64,000 nucleotides of DNA, from contig OZ249436.1 in assembly GCA_965235115.1 (NCBI GenBank), positions 41,666,001-41,730,000 of the forward strand, written 5' to 3'. Below are positions 1 through 13,000 of the stretch, piece by piece. Positions within the stretch are counted from its first letter, which is position 1; the number at the start of each line of letters is the position of its first letter. Below the pieces are notes generated by a model. That model was not told the origin of the DNA. It saw nothing but the letters and a program-made list of their open reading frames with translations, and ran no database searches. Source of the stretch: Laetmonice hystrix. Taxonomy: Eukaryota. The position numbers and the translations under genes were made by a program.

Positions 1-3000
1 AATCCGCCGCCCATGCCACCTCCCATTCCTCCTCCCATGCCGCCGCCCATTCCTCCGCGGCGGTTCATGTTGCCACGGGTACCAAAGCCACCTCCAGAAC
101 CGAATCCACCACTTCCAAAGTCATCAAATCCGTCATCAAACACTCCTGAAAATCAGAACAAAAGACATCAAATTTAATATGACTTCAGTTACAAACTTTT
201 TCCTTGTTTCTAAGAATTCAATGAAAGCGATAACCTAGACAGACCTGAAATTATGAAAATTTCACAATCTGTCACTATGTTTCAAATTGAGTTGGAGGCA
301 TACAACAATACTTTGGATGAGCAATGCAAGTTGAACCTACCTTTGATGTTTCCACGTCCTCTGCCACGACCATAGCTTCCGCCCATGCCACCACCTCCCA
401 TTCCTCCTCCCAGGCCTCCTCCTCCGCTACCAAACCGGTCAGTTCGGTCATATGGGCCAGGTCTTCCTCCCATACCGCCCATCTGTCCTCGCATACCTCC
501 ACGCGGGCCGGCCGCATTGCGAACCTCGGCCAAACTACTCTTGAAGATTTCTATGTACCTACAAGGGCAACAAAGAACAATGAAACACTTGGCTCATACA
601 CCTGTTCCTCGGTCTGTCTGCCACCACCAAGGGTAGGGGCACACAGCATAAGCAACAGGCTAGCACACATTATTTATTACAATAATTATAGATTACCTAC
701 TTGAGGTACAATATTATTTAAGCTTTAACATGGATCTAAGTATTAGGCTTTATCTTTCAGATGATTTAAGCAAACACTAGTTGCTCTAGCCTGTAATTTT
801 TTTTCTTCACTACTCTGGTATTTCTAGACTGCCATCCCTCTCACTACTCAGCAATGAAGAAAACTGAATTTCGCATTTGTCCATTTCAAACTGATGGCCA
901 TCAAACTTCAACAAGAAATATGTGTGGAACTTTCTATTTTCTATGTCTTCAGACAGTATGTCTTCAAAGCTGTTCTGCAGGTTTCAGCCTTTTTCTCATC
1001 TGTTTTTAAATACATGTACTGCACTGAGCAGAAGTAGAGGCCGAAATCTATTCCTTTGTCATCTTATTGAATGTCATGCTGATCAACCCACACATATATC
1101 TTGGGAGGAATCAATGTACAACAGTGCCTCAAGCATTTTTATAGAAATACACTGTTTAAGAGCTTTAAACTTTAATGATCACTAATAAAACGCAATCTTC
1201 ATTCTTCAGGGACAGAAACTTTTGAGCACTTTAGTACAGTAGGTAGCTTTCCCTCTGTCATTGCTTCCTAATTCATTTCAAAATCCTTCCTTTACTCATT
1301 ACGTATATTTTTCAAATTATTTTATTATTTAGAAAAGAATTCTACACTCAAAATTTCTGTCCGTGCAGAGTTGAGACTGTAATTTTTAAATATAATGTGC
1401 TTGATGGCTTTTTTTAAAACTGAAGTACAGATTCCTCTCTGAAATAAGTATATTAGTGTAGAACACTTTTTATAATCCTCATAAAATGTGTGCACGTCTA
1501 AAAAGGCATCCACGATAGTAGAACATGTCCATACGCAGCCTGGTGTTATCATTTTTTGTTTGTTTGACTTATTTATGAAAGAACAATAAATCATGATCCC
1601 GAGTAACCATTAGGTATTCAATGCATTAATTCTTGGTTGCTTCAAAGACACAATTCTGCCCAACTTTGGGGCAGCTATTCAACAGTGAAGAGTTCTTTCA
1701 GGATAGAAGATTCCATGATCAGCTTTTAACATTTAAAACAAGAAAACATTCAGAACACATTTGTATGGTGCAACAAACTTCCTTGTCCAGAACTGTTTAT
1801 CGAGTCCACAAGATCAAGCAATGTGAGAGAAATTTCTATAATGGAAATACAACATGGTAGTTTAAAAGTTCAATCGCGTGTCAACGTCAGTGTTTCTGAA
1901 TTTACTGCAGGTTTACAAAATTTATCTTTTCACTTTTCAAAACACAAAAAAAAATCCAATCTGATCAAACTAAATATACCTGCCTTTGCCAGAGGCCCAC
2001 CGCTCCAGCACTGGGGAGCAGTGGACATCATGGCTTTCAGTTAATTATAAAAAGTTATTGGCTGTGTTAGACCAAAGTAGACTGATGGATGCTCTGAGGA
2101 GAGAAGAACCAATAGGCCGGTCCCCACTATGTAGTTGTTACCTGTACACCTGGGGGACCAGCGAGTGTAAAGTACATGACCCCACCTACCGCCTGTGGCC
2201 GTTACTGACCCCACCTGCAGGGCGTCGACCCCTTGACTCGATTGGTCCCTGCCTCCCGCAAGTAACCATCCTCACACACACCCAATCTTAGCTCACTAGT
2301 CTGAACACAAGTGTCAGCCCCACCGAGGCCCGCCTCCCACCTGTGCCCTATCTTTTCCTTGTGTTTGAGCTGAGCCTTCTCAGCTATTTCTTGTGATGCA
2401 AACTGTACATAGGCATCCCCCGTGGTTCGCCCCTGATGATCGTGCAGAAGTGTAATCCCATTGGGTACAATCTCCATCCCTGCGAGACCCAACCCAATAG
2501 AAAAAACAATCAGCATGGCAGTACAATCATAAAAGCTCAGCAAGTAACCATCAAATACTACAGGTGTATACAAGAAGTCAACAACAACAAAAATCCACAT
2601 CATCTGAGGAGTCACCAGTGAAAGTGCAAGTATGGATGCTCGCCACAGCTATGGTAGGACGGCTATGCTCTCTCAGCATGTAACAAGGTCACCTACTGAT
2701 AGATGTCTCTCTTGGTTTTCAAATTAAGCTGGTTCTCAAAAATTTTCAACACTTTGACTTCCTTTCAAATCTTTTTGCAAAATCTACATTGGCAGGTTAA
2801 GAGGCATCTTAAAATCCACCTTGTACATTAAAGTTTTCATGCCTCAGAAACAATCGATGAGAAGAAAAAAAAAAACATCTGTCAGTAGTGTACACTGTCA
2901 TTTTCTTCCGGCACCATTTCCATACTTACAATTTCAGAATTTCTTGATTGTTCCTACTTGTACATTCCATTCCCTCCATAACTTCAATTAATTTAATACC

Positions 3001-4865
3001 TGCTTTCTGAGCTTTTAATATACTTGCATGTGAGTAGATCTTAAGTCCATTGAAAATGACAGATTCAGCTCTACTGTGGTGTCAATGTGTAGCACTTCAA
3101 TCGCCTTGTAATGTACCGCTTACTTTATTGCTAGGATGCAACTCCTCTTTTTCTCTGTACAATACTCTGTAATCCTGACTCACATTATGTGGAAAACCCT
3201 ACTGGTTATTCCGATCTTGACATACATCCAAAGTATTTAAGTACTCCTTAATGAGGCATAACTGTTTTCCCTCTAAAATACTTATGTAGGTAGCTTTCCT
3301 TTCCTTTTCTCCATCATAAGCAACAGTGTTAGATGACTTGCATGTTCTAATAGCATTTTCTTACCAGTGAAGAAATGAGCGATTTCTTCTTTAGAGCAAC
3401 CGAATGGTAGTCCTCGCAACCGCACGACTGCATCATTGTTGTTCAGCTGGTTTGGACCGCTGCGCTTGACCACCCACTCCATTTCTGATCTTTTGGACCT
3501 GAAAACTGAATTTCAGGAATTCTCTTTAATACATGATCATTTCTGAAAACATGACATTTTGTTTTTTTCAATCAAGATTCATTTTTTGACCACTTGTCAA
3601 TGACATGTATTGTTCCATGTTTCTGACAATATAGTGCCTGAAATATATTTTGAAAATATTTGAAAAGTATTTTAAATACTTTTGAAGTCTTTGCATTATA
3701 AAGAAATGAAAAGAGTATTTGGATCTGAAAACAAAGTATTTGACCCCAAGTCTGCCTTCAATATGCAATTTCAAAGGCAGACTTGAGAGGCATGTTTAAC
3801 AATAACAGGGCATTCTATGCACAGCCATGTGGGGGCAGCACTGTGGTGCCAGTCCCTGCTGTAGCACATCAGCATTGATGTGGATAGGATGACAAAGTTC
3901 TAATCTGTGCACGGATGACGTAGCTGTAATTATTATTAACAACTAAAGGTTCTACGAGTTCAGAAGTCCTACACACTGTAATTTTCCATCACAAAAGGTT
4001 GTAACGCATCCGGACACTGCTTTACATTTGGTCAGCCTATCTAACCTTGTGCTACGTTGTCGAAGTGAGGCTCCGTGCAACAGTGCTGCCGCCATGCAGA
4101 ACAAGATTTCTAACAGTCGCCCATTAGAAAACTATTCCCACTCCACTGTTAGTAAATAAATGATTTAAAATACTCATACCTTCAATGTATCGTTTTCCCA
4201 TGTGGTTTTTGTCTTTCTTCAGGCTTTGCTCAAGGTCCTCTTCTGAGGCAAGCTCAATGTATGCCTCTCCACTTGGCCTTCCATCACGGGTCGATGTGAA
4301 GTGGATTCCTTCCTTGCCACCAATAATGTTGCAACCTGCTAAACAAATAAATTGACTGAGAGGTAGGTATACGTATGTAAAAGCAAACGTCCTCATGAAC
4401 ATTATAGTTCTTTGTAACGACAAGAATTTCTTTTCTTTTCCACAATTACTGGTATCCTGTATCGATGCAAGCCATAATTACCCTCAAGGAAGTTGGACAC
4501 TTCTTCTGCACTGGCTGACCATGGGAGACCACGGATTCGTACAACAAAGCCTTCGTCTCCTTCACCCTCCCCCATGTATCTGAAATAAACGAGCGTTTTA
4601 TTAAAAACGAGTTTCTTAACGTGCTATAACTTAGTACAAGTCTTCCTTTAAAAAAAGTCGTTGATTTCTTGCCAATCAGACTTAACCTACTTAGTGGTTT
4701 CAGACCAGAATATTAGTTAATTTTGGTAGGCAGTAGTGAAACACTGTAACCAGGTGTTCACTTAACAAAATTCATATGGCAAAGAGAGCCTTGTAGTAAG
4801 TTGTACATAGTAAGAACTGGAAAATGTTTCTGAAGCACTTACCTCATATCATTGCCATCCTCCAT
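1..4865 (-). CDS. HNRNPH: hnRNP F/H family RNA-binding protein (qRRM domains plus Gly-rich region), 3' part runs off the window
   Basis: Spliced exons (minus): 4843-4865 (MEDGNDMR), 4482-4579 ([27 protein letters not shown]), 4180-4335 ([11 protein letters not shown]...MGKRYIE), 3365-3505 ([20 protein letters not shown]), 2341-2479 (EIVPNGITL...[16 protein letters not shown]...KIGHR), 341-558 (YIEIFKSS...RPGPYDR), 1-145 (Gly-rich). All have GT/AG ends with consistent phases. The first small coding exon is less certain; an ATG at 4575 is the alternative start. Confidence 0.93.
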
Positions 4866-5846
4866 GACTGTGTTCTGAATAATGAGAAAAATACTTAGAG
4901 GAAGGCACTTTTAAGACAAAACTTGTAAACAAACTGATGGCATGCTGTTTTCACGGTTACAGCACTAGAGGCCTAACTGAAAGCTGATAAATATACTCTC
5001 CAGCAGAACCAGCACCACACCTAAATTTAATGTATGATGCAGAAAATAGAAATGCCATAGAACTGCTACAAACACAAAACATGATATGGCAGTTTACCCG
5101 TAAACTGAAAGTCACTATTTTAACCGTTCAAACAAGTACTTCACACATAGATCTAATATCAATTTGTGACATGGCTGGTTGGCGGTCTAACTGGGTCATG
5201 CCACTCATGGGCCGTGGACCGTGGTAACATTCAAAGAACTGGGTTTGAACTTTTCTCATTACTCGATATTAGTATCGTAAAACTTAGACGGTTATTAGAA
5301 TATTACTACAGTACATTGGTGAATAACAGCTATAAGGTACAAGGTACATGACAAGCCATGCAATCCTAATGATCAGCCCCATGTGCCGCCTCCACCAAAT
5401 CCTTTGTCCCTAACTCCCAACGCGCGCGCGGCCGGCCATGCGCATTGGCCGCGCTGCCACATCTTTGCCGAATCTGCCATGATTTTGGTTCAAATTCACA
5501 ACCTCCACTGTCTCATTATAGGAAATCATTACACACATAACATTAGACTCTTTAACAGATTCCAGTCAGTGCAACTTCCTTAGTCCAGATTTTACATGCT
5601 TACTCTCAGGAAAGGCTAATCTGTGCAGGATTTCATATGCTTTGCTTACCAACTTCGTTATGCTTGCTATGCCTATGGCCGGAAAGTAGGTCAAATATTG
5701 CCGCCACTCTAAGAGCGCGCACCTGTCCCCATCTGCTTTACGTCGTATTACTTAAATTCTCCTATATATCTCACCAAACCAGGTAGATATCAGCTATCTA
5801 GGGACACTCTAGAATTGTGCTGCACTACTAAATGGTGATCCCTTAC

Positions 5847-6310
5847 CTAGCTTGTCCTGTACCGGTGTAAATTTCGTGTGCCACTGACTCCGCTCCCGAA
5901 ATGGCGACTTCACGCTAACTACAAGCGTCGACGAGAGAGGCCGAAAAAACCCGAAGGATAGCGATTGTGAATCTGGTTCTTTTCTGTTTTTCTTACATTG
6001 TTCACGTTATAAATACCAAAAATATTGATATTTTGGAAGTTAGTATTAAAAATGTTCGTTTTTAAAGAAAAAAATAATTCATTTTATAGGGACAATTCCG
6101 GGTCAATCTATTCACTTCCGGGTTACGACTTTCAAAACATTGGAAGCCATATTACGCGGATATAGGCCTAGGACCGAAGGAAGATGATGCTATGAAAATC
6201 TATGCAATATCTAACCAATCTGATCTCTGTTTTACACAACCGTCTTGTTACAGCTAGATACAGATCGTCAAGATCGGGAAGTGTTGTTATTTCTACAATT
6301 CCTGCAAAAA
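5847..6310. promoter_or_regulatory. Bidirectional promoter region shared by hnRNP F/H and MOB1
   Basis: hnRNP non-coding first exon ends at a CTAG|GTAAGG donor (5847, minus). MOB1 ATG is at 6311. The spacer has a YY1-like CGCCATTT (~5899-5906, minus) and ETS-like TTCCGG motifs (~6096 and ~6116). Confidence 0.6.
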
Positions 6311-9300
6311 ATGAGCTTTCTTTTGTAAGTATTCTGTGTTTCCTTTTGACCAAGTTTTGGCTTTCGGATTGGTTTCACTGCTGAACTAGTGAAAGTTTGT
6401 CTCATAGACCAGACATGAAATGCTTGCCAGACAGGTATTTATTTGAGTCTGAATTGCAGTGATTTGCTGATTTAGTAGTTGAGGACCGTGGGCGATGAAT
6501 TGTGAATAATGCGACTAAAAATAAAGGCAAAGACAGAGAAAGACTATGTTGAGCTGGCTATGTAAACCGGAACCAAAACATTGCCGCATTGGCAAATGTG
6601 AAATTGTAAATGAATGTTGACTAGATCTAACTTGTTGTTTGAACCGTGTTGTTGACATCAAAACTCATCAACAATCTACAGCAGTCTTTGTGGTCTAGGG
6701 TAGAGAGTTTTTTTTGCTAATTTCAAACTTTTGGGATGCTGCCTAGAAATTAAATGTCTGTTGATCTTGGTGAGTTGGTTTGCATAAGTTTTGCTGATAA
6801 AAAAGATCATTGTTGTAAGTACTGTAAAAACTAACACTACAGACTACAGTACATGAATGATAGTTGTAGATATCATGAATTTATCAGTGAACCTGTCCTG
6901 AATGTGGCCGTGCAATTGTAAATTAATGCAATCCTTCTGAAAAACTTTGTGGCCTCACTTTGCATCCGAATGCCATGCGTTATGTTGTATGTTTCATGAT
7001 TTCTTTTAAACTCTGGGTAGGCTGGTAATGAACTCTGGGCCAATTTCACCAGTAACAATCATATTTACAATGTTGCCCATGCTATGAATTAAATCGTAAA
7101 TGTACCCACCCTTTGGAAAGAGATTGATATCCTTGTTGGAACATGTCGTATCTGTGTCATTTTCCGTCTGTAAACACTAATTGGTAGGGACAAGTGTCTT
7201 GTTATATATATAGAGGCAAAATACGGCATTTCCCTTTGTTACGCAAAACCTGGTAGGCACTGCCAGCAGTGCTGCAAATGGACACTGACCCAAGGCGACC
7301 AAGTCTTGGAGTGGTCGACAAAAACGTCTGTGAGACTCGCCCACTTTAGCGACCAAGGACCCGGGCCAGGAAGGGGGGGGGGGGGCACAGATTTTAAACA
7401 TGTCAGGAGGTGCTGACCCTGTTTCAAAGATAGCAAAAGATGGGTTTCAGTTGGAGGAGGAGAGGGAGGCAGGGGAGGAGGTCTTATGGAGGCTAGAGAT
7501 CAATTACATTGAAAAGTACCAAGGATTTAAGAGCCATTTATAAATTTTAAAAATGGTCTCTTTCGTTGTTAGGTTGGACCACCAAAATCTGAGGTGGACC
7601 ACTAAGTATCTGGACTTACTGGTCCAGTCGGACCACCAAGTTGGTGAAACCTGTTTGCAGCACTGCACCAGTGCCGAAAGCCCATTAGTCATTCAAATTG
7701 TTATGATGTAAATTTATTAAACAGCTAGGCATGAGCACAATGATAATGCTTGAGAAATGAAAATATTGTTAAACTTTAAGTAAGTATGATACAGTATCCC
7801 ATCTTTGATGTTGAATAGCACATGATTCTGAAAACTATCTTACTTTTAAAAAACAAATGTCAGGAATTTGTTATATGACCACTTTCATGATTCTTAATAT
7901 ATTTAAACCCAGAACAGTGAAATGAGGGTACTGGTGAGAAGTTCTTATAACTGAGACTTACCTTTACTGTTTCAGTGGAGGTCGAGGCAACAAGACATTT
8001 AAACCGAAGAAGAACATTCCTGAGGGGACACATCAATATGACCTGATGAAACATGCAGCAGCCACTCTGGGCAGTGGCAACCTTCGTCTGGCTGTCATGC
8101 TTCCTGACGGAGAGGATCTCAATGAATGGGTCGCTGTCAACAGTGAGTAATACAGCAGAATTTCACTTCTAAGCTGCCAATTAAGCAGGATGAATGCAGC
8201 TGAAGGTCCCATATTTTGGCTTGGAATCGTGAAACAACTAGAAATCGATGATATCGTCAGAATCCCAAGTTCATGGTAACTTCTATAGTAAAGCATATTT
8301 TTGGTAGAAATGTTATGGTAGATAAACAAAAATGAAGGGTGAGGTTACAGAGGTTGGATGGGACAGCAGCATAAAAGCAAAAACCAGCAAGTCCTCTGTG
8401 TACAGCAAAGGTTGTGGCCGTCCTGCTTGCTTGTGTTCTGTGAGTCTGGAGATCTATACCTGTAGCTGACTATAAATCTATCCTTCCTCACACCATATTC
8501 AGGCCTGAGAATAAGGGAAATTTGCGTAACCCATTTTCCATTCACCTGAAAAGTGACATGGTAACCCATCGTTCGGTTACCTGAAAACTTTCTGGGTAAC
8601 CCGAAGGTTACCTACTGGGTTACGCAGAAATGATAATTTATAAAACCTGGCTACTGTATTCAGAATTCAACTGGCTAGATGTAGGCTCTGGCAGTGGCAA
8701 AAAAAAAGAGAAAAGAAAACGGACTAAAGTGACCAGCAACGGCTACTGTCCCATGGCCATGGCCCTCCCCATTCACCCCACTCCTTCTCCAGGCCTGAGA
8801 TTAACTTAAGGGAAGTTTCTGTAACCCATTTTTTGTTCGCCTGTTTTTCATTTTAGGTAACCGACAGGCAAACGAAATGACCGTTCGCCTGTTAATCTCA
8901 GGCTTGCGTATTACCTAGATCCCACCCTTTCTTTGCCTCTTCCATAGAACTAATGATATTACAAAGATGTTTTTAAATTTATTTGTTTTCATAATTAACA
9001 AGTTATAATAAACATTACAGTTTTAATAAGCATTAGCTGTAGTGCCAGTTGGAGGTGCAAAGTATTGTAACAAATGGTTCAGATGATAGTTTTGTTCAGA
9101 GAGTGTCTGATTATAAATGTTTAATTGCTTGCAGCTGTGGATTTCTTCAATCAAATCAACATGTTATATGGCACGGTGACAGAATTCTGCACAGAACAGT
9201 CATGCCCAGTTATGTCAGCTGGCCCCAAGTATGAGTACCACTGGGCAGATGGGCACACAGTCAAGAAACCCATCAAATGTTCTGCCCCTAAGTACATCGA

Positions 9301-10022
9301 TTACCTCATGACATGGGTTCAAGATCAGCTTGACGATGAGACACTATTTCCCTCAAAAATAGGTTTGTGTGACATATAATAATATGATATGACTCTAATA
9401 GTATTGGTGATCAATTAAACTGGCTAGATCACGTAATGCACTGTGTGGGAAATGCCCTACATTAAAATACTTTGAACCAGTGTCCCAAGGTCCAGTTCAG
9501 GCAGGGAAAAATCATGGGGACCTCTTCGTGTAAACATGTGTAGGGAAATCGTAGTTTCGATCATATTATAGCAACAAAAAACTTATTGTTTTATTTAAAT
9601 TCTAAATGTTTTTCTCTTAGAAATAACATTGGGTGGCCTAACAGTGTATGCATAAAAATGTCATCTTGAGTAAACTGCATTTGGGTTTTGAGGTAGCAAA
9701 GTTTTTAAATGAGATGGCTAATGATCTGTGATTCTTGCTGACCATGTTGATAAGATTTTGCTTTGCATTCTTTTTGCCAGGTGTCCCATTCCCGAAAAAT
9801 TTCCAGTCAATTGCCAAGACAATTTTGAAGCGGTTATTCCGAGTTTATGCACACATCTACCACCAGCACTTCCAACAGGTCATTCAGCTAGCTGAGGAGG
9901 CGCATCTTAACACCTCCTTCAAACATTTCATCTTCTTTGTCCAAGAGTTCCAACTGGTTGACAAAAGGGAGCTTGCTCCGCTACAAGAACTCATAGATAA
10001 ACTGTCCAGCAAGGATCGATGA
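6311..10022 (+). CDS. MOB1: MOB kinase activator 1 (Mats, Hippo pathway), 216 aa
   Basis: Exons 6311-6324 (MSFLF), 7976-8142 (KTFKPKKNIPEG...LPDGEDLNEWVAVN), 9135-9362 (TVDFFNQINMLYG...DDETLFPSKI), 9781-10022 (GVPFPKNF...ELAPLQELIDKL). Total 651 nt = 216 aa plus stop, with canonical splice sites. Confidence 0.97.
8500..8906. mobile_element. Two related small MITE-like copies with CAGG termini in MOB1 intron 2
   Basis: Both copies begin CAGGCCTGAGA..TAAGGGAA..GTAACCCATTTT (8500 and 8790). The second has TIRs CAGGCCTGAGATTAAC (8790-8805) and GTTAATCTCAGGCTTG (8891-8906). Confidence 0.55.
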
Positions 10023-13000
10023 GGTCCACCTCTGTGAACACTGGATTCCTACGTGGTCATCTCTGAAATTGGTGGAAACCATGATTTATTGGTCTTTAAA
10101 TTGACACCGCCAAAAGTAGACAAGGTCTATGGGTGTCACCGATACAGTGTGATTACCATTTCATCATTCATGTTTTATCTACCCATCCATTGCTTTTTTT
10201 GGCACATCCAGACAACAAAAAAATGCTTATGAATGGGACTATGCAGGACTTGTGTTTTTACTTAGTGTGAGTCACCTTTCTCATTGCATCTAGACCCTCA
10301 TCCCATTTAACAATATGTACACAGCATTGGAGAATGTCTAAAAGAAGACATGATTTTTGAAAATAGAGAATAGCGAATGTCTTTATGCTTATTGTAGAAG
10401 CAACCTTTTGACTTGTGCATTGGAACGGACTAGACTGTCTGAGTAAGGCATTATTCACTTGAGAATCGTCTTGGATATCGAAAGTATTATTCTTATCATT
10501 ATTGTTACTATCATTAATACGAAGCCTGGGACAGCTAATGATATCTTGAAAGTAGATCCATGAATTAAATCGATAAAACATTGTGGTTAATCTGAAGGAG
10601 TCTTGGACCAAATGCCATCACATTCGTAACTTTACATGAATGCTATGAATGATAAGTTGCTTCTTTTGGAATTCATTGATGCCATGATCCCTTTTTAATA
10701 TTTGGTCAAGCCTTATTAAGGATAGATCTGTCAGCCATGTACCGGGTAATTCTGCATTAGTCCATTAAGTAGATTTTATGCCTGGCTAAAGCATTATTAG
10801 AGCTCTTATTAATTTCTGAGTAAGCCTGTATAACCTCTGTTTTAATATAGAGATTCTAATTTAGTGTTGTGTACAAGAATCACTGATTGAATAACAGGTG
10901 TTCACTTTGGAATGTGGAAGTTTTTCTATGTTTTTAACTTATTTTTCAAAGATATCCTCAAACAAAAACAAGAAAGGTTTGAAGAAAAATTGTTAGTATT
11001 CCAGATGAAGGGGAAGCTACATGTGTATGGTACACACATGTATTTAGGGATCAATTAAGAATTGACAGCATGTGATAAAGTTATCGCAGTGCATAAGTTT
11101 AGAATTTACAGTTGAAAGGCTTTTACTAATAGAATAAATAGAAATAAGATATCAACTACACACTGTTGGGTTGCAGCTGAGAAGCCAGAGGGGTCAAGTT
11201 TTGTGGATTATTTGCAGGTAAAATTACAAGAAAATAACATGTTCTCTACCGTATCTGTCAGTTTGCATGAAAACCTCCCATTGTTTACAAATCCAATTTG
11301 CATGATTACCATGACTTCTTCAAGTAATAAAATAATGAGAAAATTGTAAATGGAAGATAGGCTTAAATGTGCTTGTAAAAAATACCTTGCACAGAAGACT
11401 AGAATGGAACGTCTGTGAAGTATACTAACACTGGCTAAATATTTTTAGGATGTAACTTTGAAAGGAATGCCAGAATGATTGCGAGGGTCAATCAAAATTA
11501 CCAGTAAATAATGGTGAGACCCTCAATCACAGGTTCAGGATTTTATGACTGTGTACATATTCAAAAATGTTACAATGGTATCCTGGAGTATAAAGATCTC
11601 GGTAAGGAAGCCATGTTAGCAATCTGTAGGGATAATGTGTACAGAGGCAAAAAAAATCCTGGAATTTTTGGGCTTCCAAAATAGTTCCTTTTAAATATAT
11701 TTACAAAATGTGTGAAATTTACATTAGGGATAACACTAGATCGCTGGTAAAAGTGCTGGGCCCTCAATGTTTCTGAGAGGTCACATTTAAACTATCATAC
11801 TTTCAAGAGAAGTTGCATTACTGAAAAACATTTTAAAGATACATGTAATTCCATAAACAGTTCACTGAATCGATTTTGGTTTCTCTTGAATAGATATAAT
11901 TGTTGCTTATGGGGAAAAAAGTAATTGAGAGAGGCTACTCAGAAATTGCACGAATGAATAGATGAACCAGGATATGTATTCATTATGAGTAAAAGGGGGT
12001 CTAATTTTGAGCTGTTGAGCTGTGGTTGCAAAAGAATTGAGGTAAAAAGGGAGTCCAACAGTTTAGGTCATGTTGAAAAATTTCTAGTGTATTATAAGGA
12101 AGTAGAGCTTTTCTTTGTAAAGGATTGTATGTCTGAGATGGGGTAATCGTTTAAACAGCCCCAGGGTGAAAGGGAGGAATACGTTGGGAGCTGAACGTGG
12201 TCTTCAGTAACATATCACTATGCAAACTGTGAGTCCTTGCAACCTAGTGGGGTGTGACGCTACACGTGTCAATGTGATGGACACAGTGTCTCCAGCAATG
12301 TGATAGATCAAAGACCTATGATATATGTATATCTGTATAGATATAATATTGACAATGCCACTTGTGGCATAGTAGCTCTAGGTCAGATGAGATGTGTGGT
12401 CCGGTTCAACCAAAGCCGTTTTGTAGTATTTTGCCCTTTCAGAATCAAAGTATTGTCTATTTTGCAGGAATATTGTGAAAAAGCAATGTGAGGGAGGGAG
12501 GGAGTAGAAAACATTATGCTGTACTTGAATTATTCAGCATCTTTCGATGTGTTCTGTATCACGTGTAAGTGAAGCACTGGCTGCTGAAAATGTCCCTTAT
12601 TTTTTGATAGCGTCCATAAAGATATGAATTTTGAATATCGAGTAGTATTTGGTTTCAGTCCCAGTTTGTGCTGACTTGTACTTTCCATAATATGCCAATC
12701 GACTTTACTGTATGGACATTGTCATTACTGGACGTCAGTATCCTCTGTTGTGTTGCTCAACTGACAAATGGGTCACTACTGTGTAATCTGCAGGTCACGG
12801 TTATATGAAATACCCACAAGATGTATTGATGTCGGTACAGTGTCACGGGGGTATTACCAAACCAAAAACCAGCCATTATCAGTCACTTTTACCATACTCT
12901 AGGTCTATGCTTTTACTTAGTACTCGTCATGCCTCCTGGAAACCTTAGTGGCTACTCTTGTAACAAATAGGTCTGCATATTTGTAAGTCCATAGGAGCCA

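Noticed and set aside
275..704. Overlapping short ORFs (Pro-rich on plus, Glu/Trp-rich on minus)
   Set aside because: These are alternative frames or the antisense of the Gly-rich hnRNP exon.
3790..4120. GC-richer patch in an hnRNP intron, possible poison exon or snoRNA
   Set aside because: No convincing acceptor/donor pair or box C/D or H/ACA arrangement could be fixed by eye.
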